From Raillietiella orientalis (taxonomy: Eukaryota), in assembly GCA_036172245.1 (NCBI GenBank), contig JAYWIR010000007.1:5084001-5148000 (forward strand): DNA of 64,000 nt, in the 5' to 3' direction. A program made the position numbers and the translations under genes. How positions within the stretch are numbered: position 1 is the stretch's first letter; each line of letters opens with the position of its first letter. This document shows positions 22,651 to 36,700 of this stretch, piece by piece. The notes beneath the pieces were generated by a model that saw only the letters and a program-made list of their open reading frames with translations, ran no database searches and was not told the origin of the DNA.

Positions 22651-25600
22651 CCGGACGCGACACGACCTGCATCGCTGGTCCACACCGCTGGTGACGACCC
22701 CTCGCCGTCTTGGAGGTGGAGCTGGAGGGAACACCCTCGCTCGCCCCCATCCTCGTCCCGCGGCCGGGTCGCCTCCCTCCTCCTGTTCCAGCCGTCCCGC
22801 GCGCAGCCGTGCGCCTGCTCCCCGAGGTTTCCCCTCCGGTGATGCCGCTCTCTCGGCTCTGGTGACCGATTTCAACAGCTGGTTGCGAAAAGCGGAATCA
22901 GCGCGCGCTTCCCTGGCAACGGCGGGCAAAAAACGGAACCGTTTCTCCAGCTTCAGCTGTAATATTTTATTTACAATTTTCCTCACTGAATTATATAATA
23001 GGGACGGGGGGATTGCTGGAGACGGTCCAGCAGCAGTCGAGGGGGGAGGGTAAGGAGGGGGAGGGGATAATACGGGACGGGCGGCTTGCTTTGGGATATT
23101 CTTTCCTCCCCCCCCCCCCTCCATCCTTCCTGTTTCCAGGTGATTGGAGCGGGCTCTGTTTCGTTCGCCAGCGTCATCATCAGAGGTTGCTGGGTCTCCC
23201 TTTCTGCGCGGGCCAAGCCAGTCGTCTTTTTCATAAAACGTAGTTGACGTCCTTTAGCAACGACATCTTTCGGTATTCTTCTTCCAGGCTCCCCACGGGA
23301 AGGACCGGACTGTGGCAGAGTTTCTGGCGTGCATCTGAAATGAACGCGGAAAGCTCCTTTAGAACGGTTTTCGCCGAAGCCGCGCGCTCCTTGCGCGGGG
23401 ATGCGGCCGGGAGTAGCACTGCAAGGGAAAATCCGTGCTCCCGAATAATCCATTATTATTAAAAAGTAATTGTCATACCTTCGTGTGTTCTTATGTGTGC
23501 CCTCAAATTACACGCCAGCGCGAAACGCTTGCTGCATATCTTGCAGACGTGGGGCTTGTTACCTGAAAGAGAGATCGAGTGACGGAGATGCCTGAAATGC
23601 TTCCCTGCGCCGCGGCCTAATTGAACCTGCGAGCGGGTCGCCCAGGGAAGTTTCCCGGAATTTCCGCACGAAGTTCGGCGTCGGGCGCGGCGTAGGGTTC
23701 GCGCGTCGCACGCGAAGCAGCGGACCCATCCGGAAACGCTCTCCTGCGCAGCCGCTGCGGATAAACAAAACGCACGCAGAGTCTCTTCCGAGGGGATAAT
23801 GACTTAATTTCTGGCTTTGATCGTTCCCTGCGCTACTCCGCGCGGTATCCACGGCAACCCGCGGATCCGCGTAGCGATAGATGTTTTTGTTTACACCCCA
23901 GTGATTAAGCGATCCCGACAAAGCTGCTGCAATCTGAGGATGTAATTAACCGGCAACGATCGCCTGGTTTACGAGGGGGAGGGAGTGGGGAGGGGAACGA
24001 AGGCAGGCCGGACAGGTGTCCGGTGCTCCCGCGGGAGCGCATGGCGAGGCACCTCGCGGTTCGGCTGCGCGCCTTTTCGCTGCCACCCGCCTCTTGGAGT
24101 CTTTGCGTCTTCATCGCGCGGTTTTCTGTTCCGCGTGCGTCGGTTCCTCAGAACTGCACCGGCGGGCCCGGGAACGACGGGCTCGCCCGCTTCCCAACCG
24201 GAGGGATCAGCGATAATTCAGGCTGGTAGCCGTGTGCCGACTTCATATGGGAGCAGTTCCTCGGAAAGGGAGGCACACCGATTCCGTAAATCTAACCCAT
24301 TGACAAAGCGAGGCGTGGCCGCCATACTTCTCGAGCGGGGGAGCAAAGAATTCCGTGTGATGACAAAATGTATAAACCGACCTCGCGCTTCCATTTACAA
24401 CAAGAACGAAATCGTAAATTTGACAGAGGCAGACAATATTGTCCGAGAGTAAATCATAGGAACGTCCTCTCAGGGAGAAGCAAAAGGCTGTGGAGGAAGC
24501 AGCAGCAGACTGACCGACGGAAATGCTGCTGCTGCCTTGTGCACCGTTAGTGCCGAGAATATGTGCGTGACTGTTTCTCTCTCTCTATATATATATATAT
24601 ATGTACATATATGTACAAGGCTGGTGTGTGCGTGCGTTTCCGAGAGGTCCCTCCTCCGACGAAAGCTTTTCTCTCTTTGGAATGTTCAAAGAAGGCAACA
24701 GCGAGTTTCAGACAGGCGCCTGGCAGGCAAGGGATGCTGAAGGTGGAGGCGCGTCCACTTTCGGAATATTCTCGTGAACGCGGTCGAGCACCTTGGAATG
24801 GACCCCGCGAGTGGATCGTCGGCGTTTTCGCTCTCGAATTCCCTTGAGACCGAGGATTGCTGACCGTTTGACTCGAGTGACGAAGCAAAAAATGCGATGA
24901 TTAATAGAAGGTGTGAAAGATCGCTTCGAAACCGTAATAAAGCAGATCTAAAAAGAGTCCACGGTGCTTCATGTTGTGCTTGCTACTTACTTCCATTATT
25001 TTGACTGTTCGTGATGCAATAGCCGAAAGCAACAACAACAACAAAAAAAAAAAAAACACGCACGCACACGCACGCACGTGAAATCACTTTCTACCAACGA
25101 GGAGAACCATCTGATTTTTCCTTCTTTTGTTTTTGAAGGCAGTCGTCGACGAGGGGTGGAACAACTTTCGTTATTTTTCAAAAACAGTGGAAAGATATTT
25201 TTCCGTGGGATTACCGAACCTGGTACATCGGAGGCGAGGTGCCACTCATGCCGATACCATCGTAAAATCATTACCTGGGTTCGCTGCAGAGAACTAATTG
25301 GAAGAGATAAGGAAAAAAAGTGGAGAAATTTTATTCTTCAAGCAAAGATGGCTTGACAACATAAAAACAGTGTGACCGACTCGCACATTACAGAAGGAGA
25401 ATTCCACGATCTTTTTGTAAAGAGCTCACAGGTGTAAAAAAAAAGGAGAATCCTCGATTGATGAGCAACCACTGGTAGAGTGAAGCATGCAGACAACACA
25501 CGCGATTGCTGGGCGTCAAAGAAGAATGAAAAGGAAGAAAAAACGAGGGAGAGAAGAGACAAGGAAAGACCGAATGATGCTTTTTGAAATGATGCTTGAT

Positions 25601-28600
25601 CACGAAAAAGAGAGCTTGGAGCGTGATCATTTTCGTAGTGGAGCGCGCGCTGCTCTTGAAGAAAACGCGTACGTAAAGGTGGGGTGACGGCACGGCCTTG
25701 GAAGGAAAACCATCCGGCAAACAAGTTGCGGGAAAACAGCAGAAAAACCCAAAGGCAAACCTCGCGGAGAGAGGATGCGTCCACTGCCTGGTGCGTGGAT
25801 AGTGGACGGGAACCCCCTCCTAATAAAGGCTAAGTGGAGGAAGGATGTGGAAGCGAATCGGAGACGCAGGAGAGGTTTGAGGAGGAACGGCAACGACGCG
25901 CGGCAGGCATGTGCAAGAGGTGGGAAAGAAAACCCCCTGAAAGTGCAGGAGCAGAGAGAGAGAGAGAGAGTGGCGAACACGCCGATCTTATCTAAAATTC
26001 GGGGGATTCAGAAAGCAAAATCTCGGGGGAGTTTCCTTTTTCTGGAATGCAGCGTGTCCCCGTTCATCGGAAATGTTCTGGTCATCCAGAACACTTAGGT
26101 CACCTCCAAGGCCACCCAAGGAACAAACAATCCGATCCTCGACCGACCGATGCGGAGAGGTGAAATTTCCGGATCCCCTTCGCGTGCGCGAAGAATTCCG
26201 AGAGGTGGCGGTGGCCGAGAGGAGGCGAAACAGCGACGCATCGACATTCAGGTTGCGAAACTCTTCCGAGGGGAATTCTCGAGAACGGCGTCCCCGGGAA
26301 GAGACGGCTTCCTCCGGATCTTGTCGCCAAACGGCGGGTCTCTTTCAGCCGGCGAAGGGAGCAGAGGAAGAGGAGGACAAAAGCATCATCGCCTTCAAGA
26401 GTGCGAAATCTCGGCCCTTGAATTCCTCCGGAACTGGTTTTTTGCGCTCGTTACGAAGCGATCGCTAGGATGGAACCTGGAATTCTGAGATATGCGGAGG
26501 CAGAATCCGAGATCGCCTATCAAAGCGAATGGCCGCAAGGATGAACTTGTCGATCATCACCTGCAGCTCGCCCGCCGCGGAGGCGCTTCAACGCCTCGAA
26601 AGTCCCCGCCCTTGCGTGGTTCAGGCGGCTCAGACTTCTTTGCCTAGCTCGCGTGTCCAAAATAAAAGGCACACGCAATGGGTCAAGAAAATGCCTTCAG
26701 CGAAAATCAAAGGTGCAGACAATAAAACGACACCGAGATTCCACGTCAGTCTTCGCTCTCTGTTGTTTCCTTCCCCCTTCCTACCTCTCCCTTCCCCATC
26801 CCCCGATCCGCATCGTGTTCGCACATCGTTGTCGGACCGGGAAGACTCGGGCGTGCTTGCATCGGGCGTAACCAACCCTCGGAGGATAACACGGGCGACC
26901 GCGCCCAAGAGGCAGCCCGTTTCGGCGGGAGCGACGCGGCGTCCGAAGCTGCGGGAATGCGTCGAGCCTCCTGCTGCCGTGCGTGCAGCGCACTGAGCAC
27001 TGGTTGCCCTGGTGGCGCGCGGCGCGAGCGCGACGCAACAATCGAGCATTCCGTAACGGTGGAAACGGCCGTTCGTTGGGCCTCGTTCGAAGCGCGTGTC
27101 GTCGAGTCGGAGAAAAGTGCCCACTCGCGTGGATGCACACGATCGCCCGCATGCATGCCCATCGAAAGAACCCACAATCCTTCGTGCTTTAGTGAGAAGG
27201 CGCCACTCTGCGAACGGGATTTCGCTCGATGTTTTGACCTCGGAGGAAGAGTTTTGTAGACTGCCACTCGCAGAAGTGGAAGGAATGAGAGAGAGAGAGA
27301 GATGCTTTGACACAGCAATAGGAGCAACAACGATTGAACGGGGATTCAAGGCTCTGCTGAAACCGCACCATGGTTGCGTTTGTCCCTTCCAGACTTGTCG
27401 CGTAGCATTCGTCCCGATGCCGTTTCTTAGGAAGCGAAGAGAAACGGAGATCACAAGAGACGTGGCTCCAAAAGCATGTCTCTTCCCTTCCTCTGACACG
27501 AAGATAACGAGACAGCCTGCCTGCGGATTTGACAAGAAGAACGTTGCGGAGCAAGGAGATGCTCCCGTGGAAATGCGGTTCGCTGAAAAGAGGACGCCCT
27601 GGTGGAAGGTGGCCTTTCGAAATGAGACCAACGAGTCAAGTGACTACCAGAGGTCTGATGCATGCCGCCGCAAGGTGTCTGAAGAAGCGTAGAGAGAGAG
27701 CTACCAACAGGAGCCGGAAAAGAGCAAGGAATGTGAACGGCAGCGGAAGAAAGTGGGGAGGGAGGGAGGGGGGGGGGAGGGAAATGCGGAACATCACGAG
27801 AGGCCAAGCATCGGCGGTACTCTACTTTGAATGGGTACACTCTTTCTTCTCCGGAAAGTGTGAATCGCACTTGGATGCGGAAACGAGAAAGAGCGCTGGT
27901 CGTCCTCTCGGAGCCGCAGAGGCAGCTTCAGTTGCAAATGGGATGGAGGTGACGACACAAGGGTGCTTTTTCAGGAACGCGCCACTATTTCACGTGTGAC
28001 TGGAAGCACGTTCTTATTCATTCTGCTGCCGCGAGCGAAGCGACAGCAACAGCAAGAAATCCAGAAAATCGCCCCTGAGAATGATGCTGTCTTGTCTGCT
28101 CTTCTTGACTGCTCCAGACTTTGTTAAGAATTACTTTAAATTCGGAACGAAGAGAGGAAATTCTCTGAGAAAATACTGAAAGTTCCCTGTAGAGAAGAAA
28201 AGAAAATTCGTAAAGAAACTCAAGTGGGGATTTTATGAGAAAAATAAAATAAAGAGAAACATAATAAAAGAGGTGCTTCCTTCTCTCTTTGGTTTTCAGA
28301 AACCAGAAGAAAAAGTGAAGGACGAAAAGATGTGTGCGAATATGTTGACGGAATTACGTATGACAGCGGCGGATGACGTCCTAAGTTCTTTAACAACTCA
28401 CCATCACGCAATTTGCGAAACAGGTTTGTCTTCAGGGGGGAACTTGGGTGGACGGATACAAAATCATGACGACCGTCGGTTCTGAATCCACCCATGAAGC
28501 AGCCCGTTCTCTCTCGAACCTTCGCACCGCGCACCTTCAGTGGCGACCGATGTTTCTTCTTCCCTAGAGTTCGGCTTTGGAGCTTACGAACTCCTTCCGA

Positions 28601-31600
28601 GGAAACAGCAGCGCAAAGCACGCCTGGAAGCAGAGCGTTTGCCAAGGCAACTCGTAGGGAGCCCCCACATCTTCACGGGCAAACTGCTTGTAGCATGTCA
28701 ACCGTATCTGGCTTACCGAGATTCCATTAATGAACCACCGGTGATTGATAAGAGATTTGATTCCATTGGTTATTTTTTTTTTTTTTTTTTTATATGTACA
28801 AAGAGATCTCGCGCTCCTGCATGCTTGCATGGAAACTTTATGATGAATCGAAACGTTTATTACCCAACTGGTTAATTTATTATACGATCGGCATTTATAC
28901 TCCTTGCAGAAGAATTATACCGCTTTCTAATATTCCTGATGAACTCTCGACAATAATTGCTCAGGAGAGCAGTAATTTGCCGAAAGTCCCCGATTACGTT
29001 AAGAGGGGTTATTCTCGAAAGATTCAGAACCACTGGAAAATGCCTTCCACGCTGACTCTTAATCAATTTAAATCCAGTTCCTATTACACGGCCTACCCCT
29101 TGACTTGTTGCTTTTGACACTGCTCCTGTAGGAATTGCACGGGAATTACAGGTTCTCCCGATATCTCTTTTTTATAATCCAAGCAACAGCAAAGTGTCTT
29201 CGAAAGCGGGGGGAAAAAAAAAAAAACTAATAAAAAGGTTAAGGAATGCGCACGGGTGAAGTACATATCCCAGAAAGATGTGGGTGAGGAAGGGTTGCTG
29301 AATCCGTTCGATGACTGTGGAAGGAAGGAGTGATGGGATTCGGATTGTTTCGAGCGATCGCCGTGGTCTTCCTCGCCCTCCCAACGGTTGGAGGTGCACC
29401 GAAAATCTCGGGCTGAATTGCTTTCCCAGATCGCATGGATCCCTGGCGATCTCGGAAAGAGCGATGGCATCGAGCGTTTCGGTCCTCTGTGCCGTGCATC
29501 TCCCTCGGCCCGAGAGACTCGACGGGCAAACTGGTTTCGGGCTCGCTGGCAAAGTGCTGCACACGGGCACTTTCAGGGGGGAAGGGAGGGAGGCCCGCTT
29601 GTTCGCGGTGTTCCTACTTACTCGGACTTGAAAGAAGAAGAAGAAGAAGAAAAAAAAAAATGCAAATGATCGCTCGAACGAAACCAGTTTAGAAAGTGAA
29701 CATAATCGAGAGTATAGGATTACAATTGCTTAGATGCCGGGCTTTTGTGCACCTGTGCGGCTCTGTCGCCGTGACAACAACAGTAGCAGCAGCAGCAGCA
29801 GCAGCAGGCGCCGGTAAACGGGAACGTGCGTTTCTGCGGTGCGCCGAGGCGGAGAAAGACCGCGTTAGAAAGCCTAAGAAACAGAACAAATCTCTTTCGT
29901 AATTCCAATTTCGAATTTTCCACCTCTGCCTGCCTTTTTTTTTTTTTTTTTTCTTTTTCTTTTTCTTTTTCCTGCGTAGCACGCGTTCGATTGGATGGCA
30001 AGGAGTCTATAAAATGCGCTTGGAGTGGTGTGGAGGCGGTTGCATGCTATGCAAGCGACGATCGCCACAAAGGACTTTCCTTCCTCGTTTCCACGAGGGT
30101 GTACACGGGAAGGCGCGGCGTGCTTCAAGAGTTTTAGAGAATTACTGACAGACGATGTGCACCTCACTGGAAGAACTGAACGGGAACCGCAAGCCCACCT
30201 CCAAGTACCACCATCACGCGTTCGGATCCTCGCGAGCGAGGAGAGTTCCGCGATGATCGCACTGTGTCAGGGATCATCACGGGGTGTGATGATCTCATCA
30301 GGAGAAGATCGAGGGGCGCGCATTCTGCGGCACGAAATTAGAGCGGCAGGGACCTCAGACCGTCGTCACGAAACATTCCTCGAAGCTTTTCTGCGGTCGC
30401 TGTGCTTCCCGTCAGAATGCGCACAGCACTTTGTCCTCTCCAGGTGCCGCGGGGAGTCCTCTTTTGATTCCACCCGCGATCGGGATCTGGTGGGAATCCG
30501 TCTGGAAAGGGATGCTGCGAACACGGCTCCGCAGCCATTCCGAAATGAAAACGCGCGCTTCGTAGTTGGCATCCAACCCTTCCGATCTTCGCGCGTAGGT
30601 TGCTCCACATGCCGATTGCGGATTGGTCGAATTCCTCAGAAGAGGAACAGATCGAAGTGTTTTCGATCAATCCAAAGGTCGCACAATGCAATGTTCGGGG
30701 TGTGTGCACTGGCAGTTCCGGCACGACTTTGCTAGTTGCCAGTTTTCCCTGTCCTCCTTTTTCGATGGTTGTTGGGGACGCTTTTCCAAATGTTTCAAGG
30801 TGTCGGTATGAAAAGAGAGAGGTCGGTCGTCGTCGAACGTCACCAGGCTTCAAGACGCTGGTCGTCTGACCGACAAAGTGTCGAAGCGCGTTGCTGCTCT
30901 CTGAGTACGTGGGGCACAACGGGCAAGCTCTTGGTGGTCGTCGGTCGCCATCCTCGGCTGGAAGCGAAAAGTCGTGGAGTTCTCTCCCCCAACGCTCGTG
31001 GAACGGATGCGGCCGCTCTCCCCCCTACCGGGGCTCCAGTGCTCTTTCGCGTGGCGGCACTTCCACTTTGAACTTCAAGTTCCAGATTCCCTGATTTGAA
31101 GGAAATCCGCTCCCAAACGGGAATCCCCCCAGTGTCCACAAAAGATGCTGTGGGTGAAAAGCCATTCGTTTCGGCATAAGCGATTCCTCGCGTTCATAAA
31201 TTGCTTGGAATATATTTTAATTTATTCTTAGGATGTTTGATAAAGATGCGTCTCCCGCATGGCTCGCATCCAGCAAGGAGGAGTTTCGTGTTTTGCAAGC
31301 CGAGAATCATCAGCTGGCGCATAAATTCACCGATCCAGTGATGTATAGAATGCAGTGAGATTTACTCTGAGAATCAGATTTCTCACATTACAATTGTATT
31401 TTTTTTTTTTTTTTTTTGAGGGAGGAGGAGGAACAGGAGGAGGAGAGGAGGAGGAGGAAGGGGGGGAAGAGGAGAAGCTGGACTACCGAAAGCGGTATTC
31501 ATTCCGAGTTTTATGACCAGCATTCTTTACTAATCACGAGCAAGGATGATAAATTCCCTGACGACATTTCTCTACATTACTCTGCATTAATCTCTAAAGA

Positions 31601-34600
31601 AATGCACTGTCAGTGATTTCTATTAATTCTTCTCGAGGGCCGCTTTCCTTTCACCTGCTGAGAAGTCTCCTTTTTCTTTTTTTCTTTCTTTCTTTTTTTT
31701 TTTTTTTTTTTGCCTCTCTCGCGCGCTCCCTTTTTTGTTTTTTTTTTTTTTTTCTTTTCCCGTCCGCCTTTGCGTTCTTCCTAGGTAGAAGGTAGACAAA
31801 CAATTTGAGGTGCTTCTAGATATTGTGAACATTTTTTTATGTACGCAAGCATGAAACGCAGTAAAGGAAGATTTTACCCGAGCGGGGGGGAAGAGGGAGA
31901 GAGCAGGGAGGGCGAAGAAGGAAAAGAAAAGAAAAGAAGAGGAAAAAAAAAAAAAAAAAAAACGTGACTTAGTATTTCCAAGCTTAAATATAGGGGACGC
32001 CCTGAAAGGACAAGAAGAAACTGACGTGCAAAGATCATACGTGCTTGCAAACCAATGCAGATGCGTTTTTCTTCAAATAAGGCGATTGAATATATCCGGA
32101 CGGGCTCGTGGGTCCATGCTACCGAAATGGGCTGCTGGTGGAGTTTCCCAATTAAAAACAGATAAAAAATTTCGAGTCTCGTAAGCACGGACCCGGCCGC
32201 GTGGCGCTGCGATCGCCCGCCGTGCGCAACCTTCTTCGGCGATCGGCACGCACGCCCCCGATTCGACTGCCTTTTCACACGTCGGGCCGATTTCCGTTTT
32301 GGATTCCTTCTTTCGAGATTTTCGGAACAGTAATGCATTCCAAGAGCACCTAACGTCTAGGAGAGGAAATGCTATCGGACTGGACTGGACGCCGTTTTTA
32401 TGCACCCTCCCTCCCCCCCCCCCCCTACTCTTCGGCTAGCGGTGTCTTCTCTCGACAAATGATATGATCTTCATGATAATGCCTTACTATCTTCCAGATC
32501 TTTATGCTAGATTTTTTCGGAACGAACGATTCCGTAACTTGAAGACGCTGACGATTCTGGACAAATTGGAAAGGCGGGCGGAACGGAAAGCAAGGAGCAC
32601 CGTCATCAACACTTCACGCGGGCTAACCGAGCCGATTGCACGGCGCTGGCACGCAGGATCCGGGAACGCTCCTCCCGTCCGCTTTTCCTTCCCGGGATCC
32701 CTCGCGAGTCCCCGGGTTCGCGAGGGATCAGGAGCGCTGCCGTCCGATCATCGTGCAAGTGAGAGGGGATCGTCAGTAAAAGTGCGAACAATACCGTGGA
32801 CAATGGCCTCGGGGACGGTTCTGCGGCGGTTCTGGAATCCGGCGGTGACTCCTCCCGAGACCTGTGCTCCTCTAACAATAGGGAAATAAAAAGAGATTTC
32901 CCATTCACAGGTAGACGGGATCGGCAACACATAATTTCATTTTCGGTGCACATTTGTAATTTCGGGCGTGATTCTGAACTTTTACTTTTTGTGAACTTGA
33001 GCCCGACGGGGTAAGGAGAGGGAAGCAGTGCATACGCATTCTTCTTGCCTCGGAGGATCGTTCCAATTGATTACGTGATTGCCTTGCAACTTCGGTAAAT
33101 AATGACGCATGATGAAGTCGAATAAATTACGGGACTCTTTCGTTGCTAATTCCAGCGAATTCAAGCAAGTTTGGAAGAAAAAATGTTCCTTCGGGAGACC
33201 CGTTTTCGGAAATTGCAGGCGGAATAATACTCAGGCGGTAACTAAACTAAACTGCAATCGTCCCTCTCTCGAGACGAATGGCACCTGCGAGAGGAAAACT
33301 GTGGAAACGAGGATGGCAGGGGACTTTTGGTGGATAGGCACGAGCGCGAAGAAGAACGTGTACGAGTTCAACGAGAAGCTCAAGGATGGTACACGTAAAC
33401 TCTACTCGTCGGAATCTCTCATCCTCAGTACTCTACGTGCATCTCTTTTGACTGCACTCGAAGGAAGGATCACCATTTGCAAGTGTTTTCCGATCGCGGA
33501 CTGCTTGCCTGAATGCGACTCTTTGCCCTTTGTTCTGACGGAGGGAAAAGATCGCCACGTTTTCCGATATTAAACTTATCGAGTTATGGAACACTCGAGT
33601 CTCTCCTCTGCGCATCGCTTCTAGCACGGTCTTTGGTACAGTATAAAGTACAACTGCTATACGGTGTACCTTGCAAAGGCAACTGTAAGTTGGTGAGAAG
33701 ATGAATCTCATCAGAAGAATCAGGCACTGAAGTCTGGAAGCAAGGAGGAAAATCTTGTATCACCATTGCGGTGGGTTCGTTGCTCCAATACGGGTGCGTG
33801 AACACGTGGCAAACTCAAGAGCTCGGCAGCTCAAGAGAATGCCGTTGCCGGTACTGACTATGCAAGCTTCACGAAACTCTCAGCATCCGCAACAGAGAGA
33901 AAACAGAATCACGGTTCGCGCGTCCAGAGAGTCCGTTCTCTCGACGGGAAGAACTTTACACAGATCTCAATCTGCCTCCAAAAACTCTCACTGAACACTC
34001 GCTACTTTGTCGGCAGCAATGATTCTTCTAATGACCGGAAGAAATCTATTTAGCTAGACAGAGTGATCACAATAAAAGAACATTTCGTTAGAAATAACAG
34101 GAAGAAAAGACAAATTTTCTTCATTTCTTGCAAAACGCAGAAACACGATTTTGTGGAAATCGCTTGCAAGAACTTTTTAAGCTACTCTGGAAGGAGCCGA
34201 AAAGTGGTGGTAAAAATGGGAGTAAATAAGATAAATTGCGACGGATCTGCCGAGTGAAGGGCTTTCTTTGTGAAGCTGATTAAGAAATCACAGACACATT
34301 TGAAAATTAACAACCGAAAAGTGTTCGGATTCTTCTCGTCGCTCATGCTAGGGGGCATCGGCTTCCGCGTTGGTTGGACGCGCGCTACATCTTGCAAATC
34401 TTTCTCTCCCCCCCAAAAGGGAAATTCGTTCATACTCGTTCCGTTATTTCCACTTTTTCCGGAACACTCGGCGGGAGAAAGTGCATCCGAAGATGGACCA
34501 ACGTGTACCCCTTGAGATGGAAAGGCGGCGTTTCGGTTCCGGAAGCGCTTTGCGTCGGAAAGGCGAAGCACGCAGCGTTGGACATGGAGCGAAGATGAGT

Positions 34601-35899
34601 TTTTTTTTCGCACCTTCGAGGATTTCGAAGCCTCTCGAATGCCCAAGACAGCTTTCGGCCTTAAGGTCCATGGCAACAGCTGGGTGGCTTGCACTTTCCA
34701 GCCATGACTGGCTCCTCGAGGAGAACCGAGACACCTGCTGTAGATGATTCCCGTCAACGACAGCCGGCTCTTCTAACGGGGGGTATCCAAACAGAAGTTC
34801 TGCTGGATAGTACCTGGAGGGACATGGATCTCTCCTGAACCCGCCTCAGCGAAGCTGCTTCCCGTATCCCCGTATCCTTAACGAGTCCCTCCAAGAGCGC
34901 TTCGGACACGGTTGAAGTGCGAAACGGGAACCCAATCGCCCTTAAGAGGCCAGCCTGCGAGTTCTGCCAGCGTCTCCTTTGATCAGCATCAGTCGGTCAG
35001 TCTCGGTCGTTGCCGCCTATTCTTGCGCCTGGATGTCCTTCGGAGGTGCCGGCGCGCCTTCCTCACCGGATGCCAAGATGTCTCCTCTAGCTGGACGTCT
35101 TTGAAAAACTCCACCTCATAGCCACGGACGACGGCACCACCTCCCACAGAGACTCTTGGAAGACCAAGACCGGATGCAGCCCGAACGAATGCTTTTCTTG
35201 AATTCCAGAGTCCTCTTTGTGAGGCCAGAAGGTGCTCCGGTTCCTTCTGTTGCCAGGTAACCGTACGATCGGAATCCCTCCAGCATCTCTCATCGATACT
35301 GACCGCCGAGCTGCCAGTTTCCGAGACCACAGACTTCGCCTCAATGCAACGACATCAGTGGAGCTCGGATCCCTTAAGCGTCAGAATCCTAGGTTCGTTT
35401 CCATGAAACCGAATTTACGACCCCGGGTGGAAGGAGCAAGAGGTAAATTCTCAGGTGAAAGATCTTCATGCCTCCATTTTTCACCTTGCCGTGCGTCCCG
35501 GTCCCCCCTCCGAAGAGACGACTCGTCGGAGAGGTAGCGCAGCCCCCTCACTGATCGAACGGTAGGAAGGCACTCGGAAGACGAAAGAGTTGGAGTACGC
35601 TCTCTGGATCAGAAGCTCAGCAGGCAGGCTGCTCGGAGTTTGGTAGCACCACTACAAGGGATCTCCAGGCTTGCCTTGGGACACATGCGTGCTTAGGAAG
35701 TAGAAGGGCAATCTTCACCTGGAGTACCCCAGTGCATTCCACGACCGGAATTCTGGGAGGCATACCTCCTCAGTAGCGGGGATGGGAGAGCGAGCAAGTC
35801 AATCTGCTCAGAGGGGACTTCGAGGAGGTCGGTCCTCCGTGGCAGACGGCATCCAGAGACCCCAGCTGCAGAGGGACCCTCTCTCCGAGCACGCTCCTT

Positions 35900-36700
35900 T
35901 GTCGTCTGGCTCAGTGTGTCCCTGCCCCAGCACGACCACTTGGGGATCCAGGACCCGGGTGGCTGCCCACACATCCCTCAGAGGCGAAAGCATTCCTACG
36001 ATTGCGACTTGATGCGGGGGACTGCTAGCGGAAATCCTCCTCTCCTCCTCTCGCATCCTCTCCGCGGAGTGGCTTCCCTTGCGAACGAGATGTTGACGTC
36101 CCGCTCATCCCGGCACCACGCCGCAAAGAGCGGCGGACAGACGAGGGGACTGGAGCAGCCGCAGACTTCAGGGCCAGCTGACTCAGGGGTCGCCTCCTGT
36201 TCCACCTCGACGCTGGCCGGGATCGCAAGGAGGGGATTGGGGATGGTTTCTCGAGGATGAAAACCCTCGAGGGAGGTGGCACTGAGGGCGAGATGCAAGC
36301 GTTTCTCCTCGCCCTCTGTCGGTTCTGCGGTGAGCCTCTGCCCCCTTCCCCTCGCGGGTTCACGCGAGGCTCCGGAATGAGGTGGAAGGTTCTTGAAAGG
36401 TGCACCACGCAAGCACGTGAGTCGCAGCTTCGCGGCCGCCTTTCGCTTCGCAACGATCCCGCCATCACAGGGCTGAATCCTGGGAGGTCCAGCTACCTGA
36501 TCAGGACAAAGTTGCCTCCCTCCTGTTTTGAGATGATGAGCCCCGACTTTCCTAGTCTCACTTTCGAGGAGACGCATCCTCTCCAGATATCCGGCCAGTC
36601 GAGACCTTGATCCAGCCTCCCACACTCGAGAGGCGGGAAAGTGATCCCCGGGCACAGGGAGACGGATTCCCCTCACCAAAGGGTGTCTTCATCGCCACCC
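35900..36700 (-). mobile_element. Probable degenerate LINE 3' fragment
   Basis: LRLTCLRGAP and EGEEKRLHLAL, with spacing similar to other copies. Confidence 0.33.

Noticed and set aside
9100..24400. Endogenous DNA virus or Polinton (compact GC-rich ORFs separated by AATAAA and T-tracts)
   Set aside because: No polymerase, integrase, ATPase, protease or capsid motifs found. The AT tracts are repeated LINE 3'UTRs.
28794..29117. Possible 3' remnant of a CR1/L2-type LINE (NHWKMPSTLTLNQFK)
   Set aside because: Only a vague resemblance; too little to call.
24450..34800. Additional gene or further PRDM exons among the short ORFs
   Set aside because: No domain motifs or phase-consistent exon series found. 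Mostly unique non-coding-like DNA with simple repeats (poly-A/T, GA, CAG).
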